A DNA stretch of 64,000 bases from an uncultured archaeon (GCA_964583985.1 CAZOYD010000003.1:1-64000), one strand, 5' to 3'. Numbered from the stretch's first letter, positions 27,819 to 38,483 are shown. The notes: generated by a model not told the origin, from the sequence alone. Translations and numbers: made by a program.

Positions 27819-30524
27819 TTATACCAAATCTAATTCTTCTAACAAATTGTTTAACTTTACTCTGTTATCCTCTTGTTCGGGGTTTAAAATCAATCTCTTC
27901 TGATAAAAAATAACATTTCCATATTTCAATTCTAAATCATTAAAAAGTTTAATCCAAGAATTAAAATTCTGCATCAAAGATTTTACATCTTCATCATCTT
28001 CGAAGAATTTTATATCCTTATGATCCAAGGATGAACTTATGGCTTTATATTTTGAAATTGAATAACCTTGTGCACGCAGGAATTCAGAATTTGTTCGTTT
28101 AATAAATGCATCCACCCCATGCCTCCATCTAATATAATTTTCATTGATTTTTGTAATAATCGTTTGAATGGCTCTAATTTCTTGAGGAATTATGGGTTCA
28201 TCTTGTTTAGTTAAAATTGCTTTTATTTGAGTGAATTCATTTTGAAAATGCTGGCAGTATTTTTTTATCATTTTTTCAAATTGAAGATAAACGGTATTAT
28301 AATTTTGGGCAAATATTATATCAACACTTGAAAAGATTAGTGATTCTTCATCAAATTTACCTTTAATTCTCCCCGCATTTAATAGATCTTTTGCAATTGA
28401 GGTTAATATCTCAATTTCCTTATCTGAAAGTTCTTTATCGGGAAAAAAATCCCCGAAGGAAAACAAGGAACTTTCTTCCATTAGATTTTCCAAACCTAAT
28501 TGTGTGAAATATTGTAGTTGTCCGTCCTCCTCATAAAATATCCCCTTGATCTTATTCGATTCATGCAGAGATTGTAATAAATCTTTCACTATGCTTGATG
28601 TAATATCTAAGTTGCCAAGAGTTATCATTTCTGATGATTTAGATTTCTCTATCAGCATTGATTTTATTTCTTCTTTAGCATCTTCAATTTTTGTTTCATT
28701 AATTATTAGAAAATCTCCTTTTTTAAAATATTTCAAGCCAAGTTTTTCAATAAATTTTAAAAAGTCACCCATTGACATTCCAGTTTTTTCCATGTAGTCA
28801 CTTAACTTAATCCTATCAAGTTTCTTAATTTCTTCTGCGATTAGCCTTAAATTTTCATCAATACTTGTTAATATATGAGTTCTTTCAATGTTCAACTCTT
28901 TAGCTAAATTATTTATGTTTTCTTCTTTTCCTACAGGATCACTGATGAGAACAGAAATTCGATCTTTTATGAATTTTGAATAGTAAAACACTTCTCTGTT
29001 TTTATCAAATATTCCACTTCTTACATCAATGTATTGTTTAAATATTTCATGCAATAAGGGCGTTACAATATTTGTTTTGTCAGAAATTTTAGGAATGGAG
29101 AAATAGCCTAATATTTTTGAATTTTCAATCTCTTTTTTAATTTTTAAGAGCCCTAAATTGGTTAACCAGTATGTACCTCTATGAAAATTAGTTAAATAGT
29201 CCTTAGGGATATTTACTATGAGTCTCTTAAAATCTTCTTCGTCTAATCGATCTTTATAAGCCTTTAAATCAATAGTACTATTCTTCGCTGCTTCAGAATT
29301 AATTCTGGTACTAATTTTTTTCAATGAATAGAATGCGGAATCACTTTTACCCCTTAAAAATTGAGTTTTTGATGATATTGCAATTTCAGTGATTAATTTT
29401 TGAATTAGAGAAGGTGGTAAGTACTCATATTTTTTAGTATTTAACATTCCTTTATTTTGTAAAGTACTAGTAAATTCAGATTTTAGATATGAATAGGGAT
29501 AAAAATAACCTAATTCAGAATAATAACCATCAATATGCTTTAATTTGAGAAGATTTTTCACAAATAATTTCAATTCTCTCTCATCTTTTATGATATAGGT
29601 AAAAATTTGGAGTAAATCTTCATTTGATATTTTTCTTTTATTGAAAATTGAAATTAACTTACTTCTATCAAGTTCATAGAAATTGATTAATTTGTTATCT
29701 TTCTCTTTTATATAAAAAAAGATTTCATTATCACTATTCTTTGACTTTGTTATCGCTCTTATTTCATCTTTAAGTTCATTATCGTTCAATTTAAGAAAAG
29801 TCCTTTTTGACATTAAAAAAATATCATCAAGGATATTGAGAGTTTGCTGCAAAGTACGTTCTTCAAATTCTTTATTTTCTAAACTCGGGAAAACACGTTT
29901 ACAGAGTACTATTAATCCAGAAATAAACGTAGGATTATCAAAATGTTCTATAAATAAATCTTTTGCAAGATCTCTAATGTCATACGAATTGTTGTAGGTA
30001 AAATCTTTACATTTAATCAGGAGATTAACTAAAGAAACGAAATTTTCGAAATTTTTCTCGATACCTAATGCTTTTATGATGATACTTTTTTTATCGCATA
30101 TTTCAACATTGTTTTTCTTTAATATTTCGTTTAAAAAATAATGAGCATTATCTCTTATGTCCTTATCATCATCTAATAAACAGTTAACCAATGGTTCGAG
30201 AAATTCTTTGATAATGCTTGAATTCTCCAGAGACGCAAAGCCCAATATGGTAATCGTGTTTAATTTTAATTTAGTACTCTCATCATTCAGATAACGAAAC
30301 ACTTTCTTAATTAAATTTTCACTAAGAAGTGAGGATTCTTTTTCTATTAAGATACTAAGAATATATGTAATTGGAACAACATAATTCCCCTCTTCTAAAA
30401 GAAGTTCTAGCTGTCCGATTAAAGAAGAAACTTTTTCTAGCTTATTTTTAGCCATATTTTTATTGAGTTTTTCTACAATTGGGTAAAGAGGTTCAAATTT
30501 TTCAAAATCATCAAGATTAAACAT
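27819..30524 (-). CDS. Large protein: N-terminal HEAT/ARM repeats, tandem winged-helix (PCI/UFL1-like) units, C-terminal helical region
   Basis: LVNCLLDDDKDIRDNA HEAT pattern; repeated I.G.(F/Y)....(F/Y) motifs. Confidence 0.6.
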   Translation of the reverse strand: MFNLDDFEKFEPLYPIVEKLNKNMAKNKLEKVSSLIGQLELLLEEGNYVVPITYILSILIEKESSLLSENLIKKVFRYLNDESTKLKLNTITILGFASLENSSIIKEFLEPLVNCLLDDDKDIRDNAHYFLNEILKKNNVEICDKKSIIIKALGIEKNFENFVSLVNLLIKCKDFTYNNSYDIRDLAKDLFIEHFDNPTFISGLIVLCKRVFPSLENKEFEERTLQQTLNILDDIFLMSKRTFLKLNDNELKDEIRAITKSKNSDNEIFFYIKEKDNKLINFYELDRSKLISIFNKRKISNEDLLQIFTYIIKDERELKLFVKNLLKLKHIDGYYSELGYFYPYSYLKSEFTSTLQNKGMLNTKKYEYLPPSLIQKLITEIAISSKTQFLRGKSDSAFYSLKKISTRINSEAAKNSTIDLKAYKDRLDEEDFKRLIVNIPKDYLTNFHRGTYWLTNLGLLKIKKEIENSKILGYFSIPKISDKTNIVTPLLHEIFKQYIDVRSGIFDKNREVFYYSKFIKDRISVLISDPVGKEENINNLAKELNIERTHILTSIDENLRLIAEEIKKLDRIKLSDYMEKTGMSMGDFLKFIEKLGLKYFKKGDFLIINETKIEDAKEEIKSMLIEKSKSSEMITLGNLDITSSIVKDLLQSLHESNKIKGIFYEEDGQLQYFTQLGLENLMEESSLFSFGDFFPDKELSDKEIEILTSIAKDLLNAGRIKGKFDEESLIFSSVDIIFAQNYNTVYLQFEKMIKKYCQHFQNEFTQIKAILTKQDEPIIPQEIRAIQTIITKINENYIRWRHGVDAFIKRTNSEFLRAQGYSISKYKAISSSLDHKDIKFFEDDEDVKSLMQNFNSWIKLFNDLELKYGNVIFYQKRLILNPEQEDNRVKLNNLLEELDLV

Positions 30525-30543
30525 AATTGAAAGAAGAAAATGG

Positions 30544-31269
30544 TTAATCTAATAAGAATTTTTTGATGGGTTCAAGTTCTAATAGGTTGGTTATGTCTTT
30601 TAATAGAAATGTTGGTTTAGATTTTTCCAAATCCTCTCTTGTTCCATGACCAGATAAAAGCGCGATGCTTTTGATATTAGCATTATTCGCTGATTGAATA
30701 TCACTCGGAAGATCACCAATTAGGTATACTTGGTTTTTATTTATTGATAAGTTATGTTTATTCTTAATAAGTTTCAAAGCTAAATGAATTGGATAAGGAT
30801 CTGGTTTTCGATATGGTGTGTCGTCTCTGGAAATAAAAACCGAAAAAAATTCGTCTAATTTTAGCTTTTCAATAAAATATAATAACCGTTTTTTACTCGT
30901 ATTAGATATAACTCCTAAAGGGATATCATTTTCTTTTAGCTTTAATAGAATCTCCTTTAAATTCGGCTTAATAGTTTCATAAATTTCATACTTGGGGTAC
31001 AATCTTCTGAATTTAATGAAAAAGATAATTCTTCTCCATCTGCTAGGAATATATTTCTTATAATTTTTATAAGCTCTAAATATTGCTTTAATACGATTAC
31101 TCGAATCAGATTGTTCGAATATACGAGCTAAATCAATAAGTCTAAGACCATCGATATTTTGCCATCTATAAAATTTCATTTTAAGCTTAATTAATGCACT
31201 GTATTCAAGAGCTTTTTGAGTAATTATGACTCCATCAAAATCGAATAATAAAATTAGAGGATCTGACAT
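30544..31269 (-). CDS. HAD-family hydrolase (phosphoglycolate phosphatase-like)
   Basis: FDFDGV, SN, KPDP, IGD..SD. Confidence 0.92.
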   Translation of the reverse strand: MSDPLILLFDFDGVIITQKALEYSALIKLKMKFYRWQNIDGLRLIDLARIFEQSDSSNRIKAIFRAYKNYKKYIPSRWRRIIFFIKFRRLYPKYEIYETIKPNLKEILLKLKENDIPLGVISNTSKKRLLYFIEKLKLDEFFSVFISRDDTPYRKPDPYPIHLALKLIKNKHNLSINKNQVYLIGDLPSDIQSANNANIKSIALLSGHGTREDLEKSKPTFLLKDITNLLELEPIKKFLLD

Positions 31270-31401
31270 AACTGTTAATTAAAGTATAGGATGGAAATTA
31301 AAATTAATCATTTTAAGCAAGATTCGCATAAACTTTATGTAAAAATAAAATATGAAAAAAAAGAAAAAATTATTTTTCTATGTAATTTAATTAGATTAAA
31401 T

Positions 31402-32076
31402 TTATCCATCTAGTTCATCAGGTTCTACACTCACGTAGCTCAAAAGACTATCAATTTGTTCTTGTTTCTTATTTATGTTAAGTACGGTATTTAAATGCAC
31501 CACATCTCCGTGTCCTGGAAGAAGAGTAATACTTCCTGCTCGAAGAGCAAAGAATTCAAATACATCTGGAATCTCCTTTTTAATTCTTAAGCTTTTTGTT
31601 GGCATCCTTTCAGCATTAGCGAATAATCCAGTCTTATGATAAATCTCATTCCTCTCAATCTTCCAGTAATCAAATCTTGCACTAATCAAGACTAACCCTA
31701 AGATGAAAACAAGAACTAGCGTTATTACAAGATAAAAATTCGGGGTTAATTCTAAATTAAAGTTTCCCCCAATTACGGGAATTGACACATTCGGCAAGAC
31801 TAAAAATACAACTAACAGAATGACTACAACAACAACCATAACTAAAACAAAAAATTTTGCTGAAGAGAAGTCAAAAGCCATGATAAATAAATTTGAGAAA
31901 AGTACGATTAGCCAAATGTTTCCATACCATGCTTGTAATTCTGTTGGTTGAAGAAGCTGCAGGATCCATAAAATGAAAGAGGTGAGCAACAATGGCCATA
32001 GAAAAATAACTTTAGGATATGACCTCAGAAAAACTTCATTAACTGCCTTGGCTTTTTTTGACGACATATAAATCAC
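31402..32076 (-). CDS. Membrane protein with C-terminal bacterial PH-like domain
   Basis: 4 TM helices followed by YWKIERNEIYHKTGLF...GSITL. Confidence 0.65.
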   Translation of the reverse strand: MIYMSSKKAKAVNEVFLRSYPKVIFLWPLLLTSFILWILQLLQPTELQAWYGNIWLIVLFSNLFIMAFDFSSAKFFVLVMVVVVVILLVVFLVLPNVSIPVIGGNFNLELTPNFYLVITLVLVFILGLVLISARFDYWKIERNEIYHKTGLFANAERMPTKSLRIKKEIPDVFEFFALRAGSITLLPGHGDVVHLNTVLNINKKQEQIDSLLSYVSVEPDELDG

Positions 32077-32219
32077 TTTAGGTTTTTATTTTAAAGTAAG
32101 GACAATAGTTTTTAAGATAATATATAGATTTTCTCTTTAAAAATATTCTTAAACATCTTCAATTTTAATAGGGAGAATTTTGAATCAAACATGGATAACC
32201 CAAATCGGAGACTATGTTC

Positions 32220-32978
32220 TTAAAAGTAGGTGCTTATAGATTGTACCATTCTCAGAGATGCTGAAATAGCTTGATTTCCTTGTTTACTTATTCCCATATG
32301 TCCAGGAAGCAAATATTTCACATCTAATTCACTTATTCTCTTAATAGATTCTTTTAGTTTTTGCAAAGATCCTCCTGGAAAATCATATCTTCCAAAGCTT
32401 CCCCCAGTAAAGATTAAATCTCCTGGAATAAGAATTTTTACTCTTTCCTCGTAATAGCAGATAGAACCCGGAGAATGCCCCGGAGTATATAGAATTTTAA
32501 AAGCAAAATTCGTTCCAATATTGATGGATTCAAACAATGTTAATTCCGTGATATTAATTGGAATGATTTTTACTCCAAAATACTTAGCATTAATACCAAA
32601 ACTCTGAATACTACCTGGAAATATTTTTTCTTCGATTCCATTTCTTAAGATATTTGCAGTTTCTCCAAAAGCAAATATCTGGGGTTGATTATCTATCATC
32701 TTGTTTAAAATATGATAAAGTCCCAGCACGTGATCAACGTGTTCGTGTGTTATATATACTCGAGTAATATCATCTAATTGAAGATCTAATCTTTTTAATC
32801 CCTCAACAAGACCATTCAATGTTAATCCATTACCCGCGTCAAATAAACTCAGTTCCCCCGTATCACTGTCCCTTAAAATGTATTGATTACAATCAAGCAT
32901 TCCAACCTCCGGGAAGAAAAAGAGATTGTCAATAACTTCTTCCCCATTTTTGACGTTTTCCCTTCTATTGTCAAACAT
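32220..32978 (-). CDS. Metallo-beta-lactamase-fold hydrolase
   Basis: THEHVDH, TPGHSPGS, GD, PGH. Confidence 0.92.
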   Translation of the reverse strand: MFDNRRENVKNGEEVIDNLFFFPEVGMLDCNQYILRDSDTGELSLFDAGNGLTLNGLVEGLKRLDLQLDDITRVYITHEHVDHVLGLYHILNKMIDNQPQIFAFGETANILRNGIEEKIFPGSIQSFGINAKYFGVKIIPINITELTLFESINIGTNFAFKILYTPGHSPGSICYYEERVKILIPGDLIFTGGSFGRYDFPGGSLQKLKESIKRISELDVKYLLPGHMGISKQGNQAISASLRMVQSISTYF

Positions 32979-33065
32979 TATTTTTATTCCAACCTATTTG
33001 AAGGATTACATTTAATATTCCTTTAATGTTTTTCTCTTCGAAATTATAACAAAAATTTAATTCTT

Positions 33066-33482
33066 GTGTGTAAATTAAATATTATGGTTTTAGAAAATGA
33101 TCTTGAGAAAATGAAATCTAAGGTCAAGTTTGGCATTAAATTTTGGTTAGAATTTGAAGATGGAGAAAATAAAAACATATTAGGTTCAGGATGGGCAAAA
33201 TTATTAAAAAGAATAGAAGAACTTGAATATATGGGGGTCAATTCTTTAACTAAAGCTGCAGAAGATTGCGGTTATTCTTATAAATATGCGTGGAACATTT
33301 TAAAAAGGATCCAAAAAAGAACCGGTGTTTCTCCCGTTACAACAGGCAAAGGTGGAGCAGGTGGTGGTGGTTGGGTAAAGTTGAATGAATGGGGTCATTT
33401 TTTACTAGGTAGATATAATACCCTTCTACTCGAATTAAAAAATATAGAAAAAAAACTTGAACATACATTGAGATTAGATTGA
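33066..33482 (+). CDS. ModE N-terminal-type winged-helix regulator
   Basis: SLTKAAEDCGYSYKYAW...GKGGAGGGG..LNEWG; no TOBE domain. Confidence 0.85.
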   Translation: MCKLNIMVLENDLEKMKSKVKFGIKFWLEFEDGENKNILGSGWAKLLKRIEELEYMGVNSLTKAAEDCGYSYKYAWNILKRIQKRTGVSPVTTGKGGAGGGGWVKLNEWGHFLLGRYNTLLLELKNIEKKLEHTLRLD

Positions 33483-33583
33483 TCAATAGATTTTAATTAA
33501 AGAACTTATTATTTTCTCTTAATATCTTACAATTTCAATTAAAATTCTAAACTGAAATATCTAATAATGAAAAGGGGAAGATT

Positions 33584-34006
33584 TTGGGGGAGAAGAATTC
33601 GTATATTGAAAAACTTACCGTTCAAGATTACATGATTTATGATCCTTTAACAGTTACTCCTGATGCTAAAATTAGTTCAACAGAATTATTAATGTTAAAA
33701 AAAAACATTGGTGGATTACCAGTCATCAAAGATAGTAAGTCTAAACAATTAGTTGGAATAGTTACTCAACGAGATATTAGACTTGCTCGATTTGCATTGA
33801 ATTTAGAATCCCCAACGACAAATGTACGTGATTTAATGACTAAGGATCCAATATTTGTTAGTAAAACCGATTCCCTAAAAAAAACTCTTCAATTAATGTT
33901 TGAAAACAATGTTGAACGCTTGCCAGTAATTAATCAAGATAATGTATTAATTGGGCTTGTTATTCAACAAGATATTTTAAAAGCTATATATAATCAATTG
34001 AAATAA
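33584..34006 (+). CDS. CBS-pair protein
   Basis: Two CBS repeats (GGLPV...LVGIVTQRD; ERLPV...LIGLV..QD). Confidence 0.9.
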   Translation: MGEKNSYIEKLTVQDYMIYDPLTVTPDAKISSTELLMLKKNIGGLPVIKDSKSKQLVGIVTQRDIRLARFALNLESPTTNVRDLMTKDPIFVSKTDSLKKTLQLMFENNVERLPVINQDNVLIGLVIQQDILKAIYNQLK

Positions 34007-34140
34007 ATGATAAATTACATAAAAACGGATTTGAAACACTTAATTTTTAATAGATAGGATTTCTTTTTTACTTTATTCAGAAGAAAAATTTTTTTATTAA
34101 AACAATATTCTCTATTAAAACACCAATTTATTGAGTTATC

Positions 34141-35670
34141 ATGGTTATTCCTTTACCCGGCACGCCTGTAATAGTAGATATAGGATCTGCTTATTGTAAA
34201 GTAGGTTTTGCAGGTGAACCTAGCCCACGATTTGTTTTTCCAACAATTACTGGTACAGAAAAATATAAAGCAGTGATGGTTGATGTCAACGCAAGAAATA
34301 TTTATGTTGGAAATGATGCGTCTCGAATGAGAGGTGTTTTAAAAGTAAAACATCCTATAGATAGGGGTGCTATTTTGGATTGGAATGATTATTATGAAAT
34401 TTTAAATTACATTTTTTATACTCTTCTAAGAATTGATAATCTCTCCAACTATCCCATTCTTTATACTGAAGCACCTTTTGTTCAAAGGGATACTAAAGAA
34501 TATATTGCACGTGTTTTATATGAAACACATCGTGTTAAAAGCTTAATAATGGTTCCAACACCTATTCTGTCAATATTTAGCGTGGGCTTAACAACAGGGC
34601 TCGTGATCGAGTCTGGGGACGGATTAACATGGATATGTCCTGTTATCAACGGGCAAATCGTAGATCAGAGTGTTCAGAAATTAGCTTTAGCAGGGATGGA
34701 TGTAAATCAATATTTAAAAAATCTACTAATGAGGGAAGGAATCAATATAGAATCTTCTGCCGTTGAAGAAATTATTAGAGAAATTAAAGAAAAAAATTGT
34801 TATTTCATTTTAGATCCTAATAATAAACCTGATATGAAAGATAATTTCAGTTTTTCCATGCCTGATGGCTCTACTATAAACATACCTAATTTTATCTTTT
34901 ATGAAGCTCCAGAAGTCATGTTCCAGCCCCAATTGTTGGGATATCAAATAATGAGCATCTCTCAAGCTATTATTGAGAGTTTACAAGGAATTGATAAACA
35001 TTATTGGTCAGATTTACTGTCTCACATTGTTATATCGGGAGGAAATTTCAGCTATTCAGGATTTGAAGAGCGATTAAAATTAGAATTGAGATCATTATTA
35101 CCTCAATTAGGAAAGATTCCTAAACCAAAGATTGAAGAAGATTCTAAATCTGAAACAAAACTAAAATTAAAGAGTCTTAAAAGTGAAAAAAAATTACAAG
35201 ATACCTGTCCTCACTGTGGTATCTTGGTAGACTTATCTGATGATAAAGAATACTGTCCTTCGTGTGGCGGACGAATAACTCTTCCTGAATTATCTATAGA
35301 ATCAGGGGGAACCCCATCAAAAGCTAATATAATTGATGGAAAAGTATTTTGTCCTAATTGTAATAAATTAATTGATGATTCAACTTCAATATTTTGCCCA
35401 TATTGCGGTGCGAGTGTTCAATCATTTGATCCACCTGAATTTATGGCAAAAAAGATCAATCAGACAGTTCTTGCTAAGGAATTTTCTGGATTTTACGATT
35501 CTGTTGAAGATGTATTAAGGTATTTTGTTCCTGATAATCTTCAATATGCAATATTCAATGGTGCTGCTATTTTAGGAAGCTTACCTTCTTTTCTCCGATT
35601 ATTTGTATCCCATCAGCAGTTTACTGAAAATAATGATCTTTTATATAAAGATATAAGCGAAATTTTCTAA
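34141..35670 (+). CDS. Asgard actin-family protein with double zinc-ribbon insertion
   Basis: DIGSAYCKVGFAGEPSPRFVFPT, HPIDRG, TEAP, ESGDG, EIKEK, MPDG, PEVMFQP, ISGG, GAAILGSL; four CxxC in the insert. Confidence 0.93.
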   Translation: MVIPLPGTPVIVDIGSAYCKVGFAGEPSPRFVFPTITGTEKYKAVMVDVNARNIYVGNDASRMRGVLKVKHPIDRGAILDWNDYYEILNYIFYTLLRIDNLSNYPILYTEAPFVQRDTKEYIARVLYETHRVKSLIMVPTPILSIFSVGLTTGLVIESGDGLTWICPVINGQIVDQSVQKLALAGMDVNQYLKNLLMREGINIESSAVEEIIREIKEKNCYFILDPNNKPDMKDNFSFSMPDGSTINIPNFIFYEAPEVMFQPQLLGYQIMSISQAIIESLQGIDKHYWSDLLSHIVISGGNFSYSGFEERLKLELRSLLPQLGKIPKPKIEEDSKSETKLKLKSLKSEKKLQDTCPHCGILVDLSDDKEYCPSCGGRITLPELSIESGGTPSKANIIDGKVFCPNCNKLIDDSTSIFCPYCGASVQSFDPPEFMAKKINQTVLAKEFSGFYDSVEDVLRYFVPDNLQYAIFNGAAILGSLPSFLRLFVSHQQFTENNDLLYKDISEIF

Positions 35671-35843
35671 ATTCATTTTTTAAGAATGATAAATAGTCTA
35701 CTTATATTATTTTTTTTAATTAAGAGTATTCGTTATAAATTAAAGATTAAAAACAACTCTCTCGAAATACCGATAATTTTTAATTTCAAGTTGAATTTAA
35801 AAAATTAAATTCTATTTAAAACCAGATCGAGGTTTTTAGTTAA

Positions 35844-36947
35844 TTGAGATATAAAAATAGGTATTTAACGTTTAGCTTAATGTTCTTAGCAATATTTATC
35901 CTTATTATTCCTCTTGCTTCAGCGAAACAAAGAGATTCTTATTTAGTCGATTTTATTTATTCAGAACAAGTAGGAAATCAAGGTTTTGGCGATTCTTATC
36001 AAGAAACTGCTCAAGCTTTAGAGATTTTGAAAAATTTTGAAGCTTTCACGATAGAAGGAATATTTGGTGTTGAGAACAAAGTCGATGTCCCTACTTTAAC
36101 AAATTATCTCGTTGATAAACTAACAGATATGTTTGAAGATGAAACAGTGAATTTGTATGATCTCTATGGCATTTTAAAATCACTACATTATCTCGATCCC
36201 GTGATAGATTCCGATTTAAGCAAGGAGATTTATAATTATGTCAACACTTCTGGACTTCCTAGCGGTGGTTTTACTCCAACGAACATTTCAAAGGCAGTAA
36301 ATGTGGTCTCTACATTCTATGCCTTTCAGATCTATGATTTACTTGGAATTGATATGCCAAATAAAACGATCCATGCAAACTGGCTTCTCTCGTGCAATAA
36401 TGCTGATGGTGGATATGGAGGTAATTCTTCTTTATCCTCTACTTTACTAACAACTTACCAAGTTGTATACTTAATTAATGAATTAACAGGAAGTGTTGAT
36501 AACTTAGTTAATAAATCTGCCACGCTGGAATATTTGACATCTTTTTATCAGGGTGATGCTAATGATTTTAATAACTATGGTGGTTATCTCCCTGATCTCA
36601 CTGCTCTAGTGGTGTTATTAAGTAGCTCTTTTATATGTCTAAGCTCAATTGGATTAATCGATTCAACAGAATTACATCAAGATCCGACCATAAATTTTGT
36701 ATTATCTCGTCAAAATTTTCGGGATGGAGGATTTAGTGATAAAGTTATAGACTATTATCAAGAACTCTCATCAATAACGGCCTCCTATTATGCCTTCAAG
36801 ATTTTAGATGTGTTTAAATCAACTGATTTATTAAATGAAGAGATATTTATGGTGGAATTCAATTATATCTTTTTGATTATCATGTTATCTGCGATTGGTA
36901 TAATTGTATTTGTTGCATATTTGATGTGGCGAAAAAGAAGAATTTAG
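35844..36947 (+). CDS. Membrane-anchored prenyltransferase/squalene-oxidase-repeat (alpha/alpha toroid) protein
   Basis: Signal peptide, repeats SGGF/DGGYG/YGGY/QNFRDGGFS, C-terminal TM followed by RKRR. Confidence 0.78.
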   Translation: MRYKNRYLTFSLMFLAIFILIIPLASAKQRDSYLVDFIYSEQVGNQGFGDSYQETAQALEILKNFEAFTIEGIFGVENKVDVPTLTNYLVDKLTDMFEDETVNLYDLYGILKSLHYLDPVIDSDLSKEIYNYVNTSGLPSGGFTPTNISKAVNVVSTFYAFQIYDLLGIDMPNKTIHANWLLSCNNADGGYGGNSSLSSTLLTTYQVVYLINELTGSVDNLVNKSATLEYLTSFYQGDANDFNNYGGYLPDLTALVVLLSSSFICLSSIGLIDSTELHQDPTINFVLSRQNFRDGGFSDKVIDYYQELSSITASYYAFKILDVFKSTDLLNEEIFMVEFNYIFLIIMLSAIGIIVFVAYLMWRKRRI

Positions 36948-37064
36948 TCTTAATAAGGCTCGAACATATTCTGAGAAGATTTTTAATAAACATCTAATAA
37001 TATTTATTTAATTCGATCCTATATTACTATTTCATAATATATTGTAGAATATACCAAGATTATT

Positions 37065-37934
37065 ATGGAAAAAATCTTAGATGGAAAGGCACTCGCCCAA
37101 AAATTAAACATGGAAATAAAATCCGAACTTAATCAATTGTATAACATATCCAAAATTAAACCTAAACTCGCTACAATATTAGTAGGAGAAGATCCCGCTT
37201 CACAAGTATACATTAACATTAAAAGAAAAACATGTGTTGAAGTTGGGATTGAATCTATCTTCATTAAACATCCTGCTTCCATCAGTAAAGATGACTTAGT
37301 CGCGAGTATTAAAGAACTCAATCAGGATGATTCAATTCATGGAATTCTCCTTCAAATTCCCCTTCCTGATCACTTAAAACCTTACATTCCAATCTTTGTA
37401 AATCAAATATCGCCTTTAAAGGACGTTGATGGATTACATCCAATTAATAAAGGAAGATTGTTTGATTATGATGAAGAATATGCTCCTTGTACTCCAAAAG
37501 GGATCATTGCACTTCTGGAACATTATAAAATAAATTTAAATGGAATGTTTACGGTGATTATAAATCGTTCAAATTTAGTTGGGAAACCTTTAATCTTCTT
37601 ATTTTTAAAAAGAAATGCCACAGTGGCAATATGCCATACTTCTACGAAAGAGCTTGATAAATTTATAAAAATGGCAGATATTTTAGTAGTTGCCGTTGGT
37701 AAACCGCATTTTATATCTAAAGAAAACATAAAGGAAGGAGTTATTATTATAGACGTTGGTGTTAGCAGAATAAATGGTAAATTATGTGGAGACGTTGATT
37801 TTGATGATGTATTTGAAAAATGTGGAATGATAACTCCAAATCCAGGCGGTATTGGCCCTCTAACAGTCTCTTTTTTAATGAGGAACACATTAATAGCTTA
37901 TCGAAATCAGATAAACTCAAATTTGACTCAATAA
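37065..37934 (+). CDS. folD: Methylenetetrahydrofolate dehydrogenase/cyclohydrolase
   Basis: ILDGK, PAS.VY...K, KDVDG, PCTP, RSNLVGKP, PGGIGP. Confidence 0.96.
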   Translation: MEKILDGKALAQKLNMEIKSELNQLYNISKIKPKLATILVGEDPASQVYINIKRKTCVEVGIESIFIKHPASISKDDLVASIKELNQDDSIHGILLQIPLPDHLKPYIPIFVNQISPLKDVDGLHPINKGRLFDYDEEYAPCTPKGIIALLEHYKINLNGMFTVIINRSNLVGKPLIFLFLKRNATVAICHTSTKELDKFIKMADILVVAVGKPHFISKENIKEGVIIIDVGVSRINGKLCGDVDFDDVFEKCGMITPNPGGIGPLTVSFLMRNTLIAYRNQINSNLTQ

Positions 37935-38027
37935 CAACAAAAAATATAAAGCAAATGTATTAATATACCCTACAACGAAATTGAAATTAGTTACAATCGA
38001 ATTAATAAATCATCTTAAAGCCGAATT

Positions 38028-38483
38028 ATGGCAATTCTTGAAATAGGAATAAATTGTGGCACACGGAATCTAATAAACATAAAATATTATAATTCAGATA
38101 CCGGGTTAGGCTTAGATCCAGAGTTAAGAGCTGGATTTCTCTCTGCCCTTGAAAGTTTTACTTCTGAAGTATTTGGAGATGATATTAACGTAGTCTCGTT
38201 AGCATCTTTTAAATTAGTTTGCTATTGCGATTTAATTGCCTTACCTAATGATCCTCAGAACAAACAACCTCTAATAGCATTTGCCATTATTGAAAAAGGA
38301 ACCGATCCAGAGATTGTTAAAAAACATTTACACGAAATTAATTCACATTTTCTCAATAGATTTTCTCTAAATGACATATTCTCCAAAAAAGAAAAAGCGT
38401 TTGCAAAGTTTGAGAGTAGAATAGATGAAGTGATTGGAGATCTTAAACTAAAAACCGAGGATCGCTTTCGGTCAATCTTTTAA
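38028..38483 (+). CDS. Longin-like domain protein
   Basis: DPELRAGFLSALESFTSEVFG-type longin helix; beta-beta-alpha-beta-beta-beta-alpha-alpha pattern. Confidence 0.7.
   Translation: MAILEIGINCGTRNLINIKYYNSDTGLGLDPELRAGFLSALESFTSEVFGDDINVVSLASFKLVCYCDLIALPNDPQNKQPLIAFAIIEKGTDPEIVKKHLHEINSHFLNRFSLNDIFSKKEKAFAKFESRIDEVIGDLKLKTEDRFRSIF

Noticed and set aside
21235-36947. A proto Rab-geranylgeranylation system (polyprenyl synthase next to a Rab-like gene, plus a prenyltransferase-like gene)
   Set aside because: Neither GTPase has a C-terminal Cys motif, the prenyltransferase-like protein looks extracellular without zinc ligands, and the synthase and GTPase are merely convergent.
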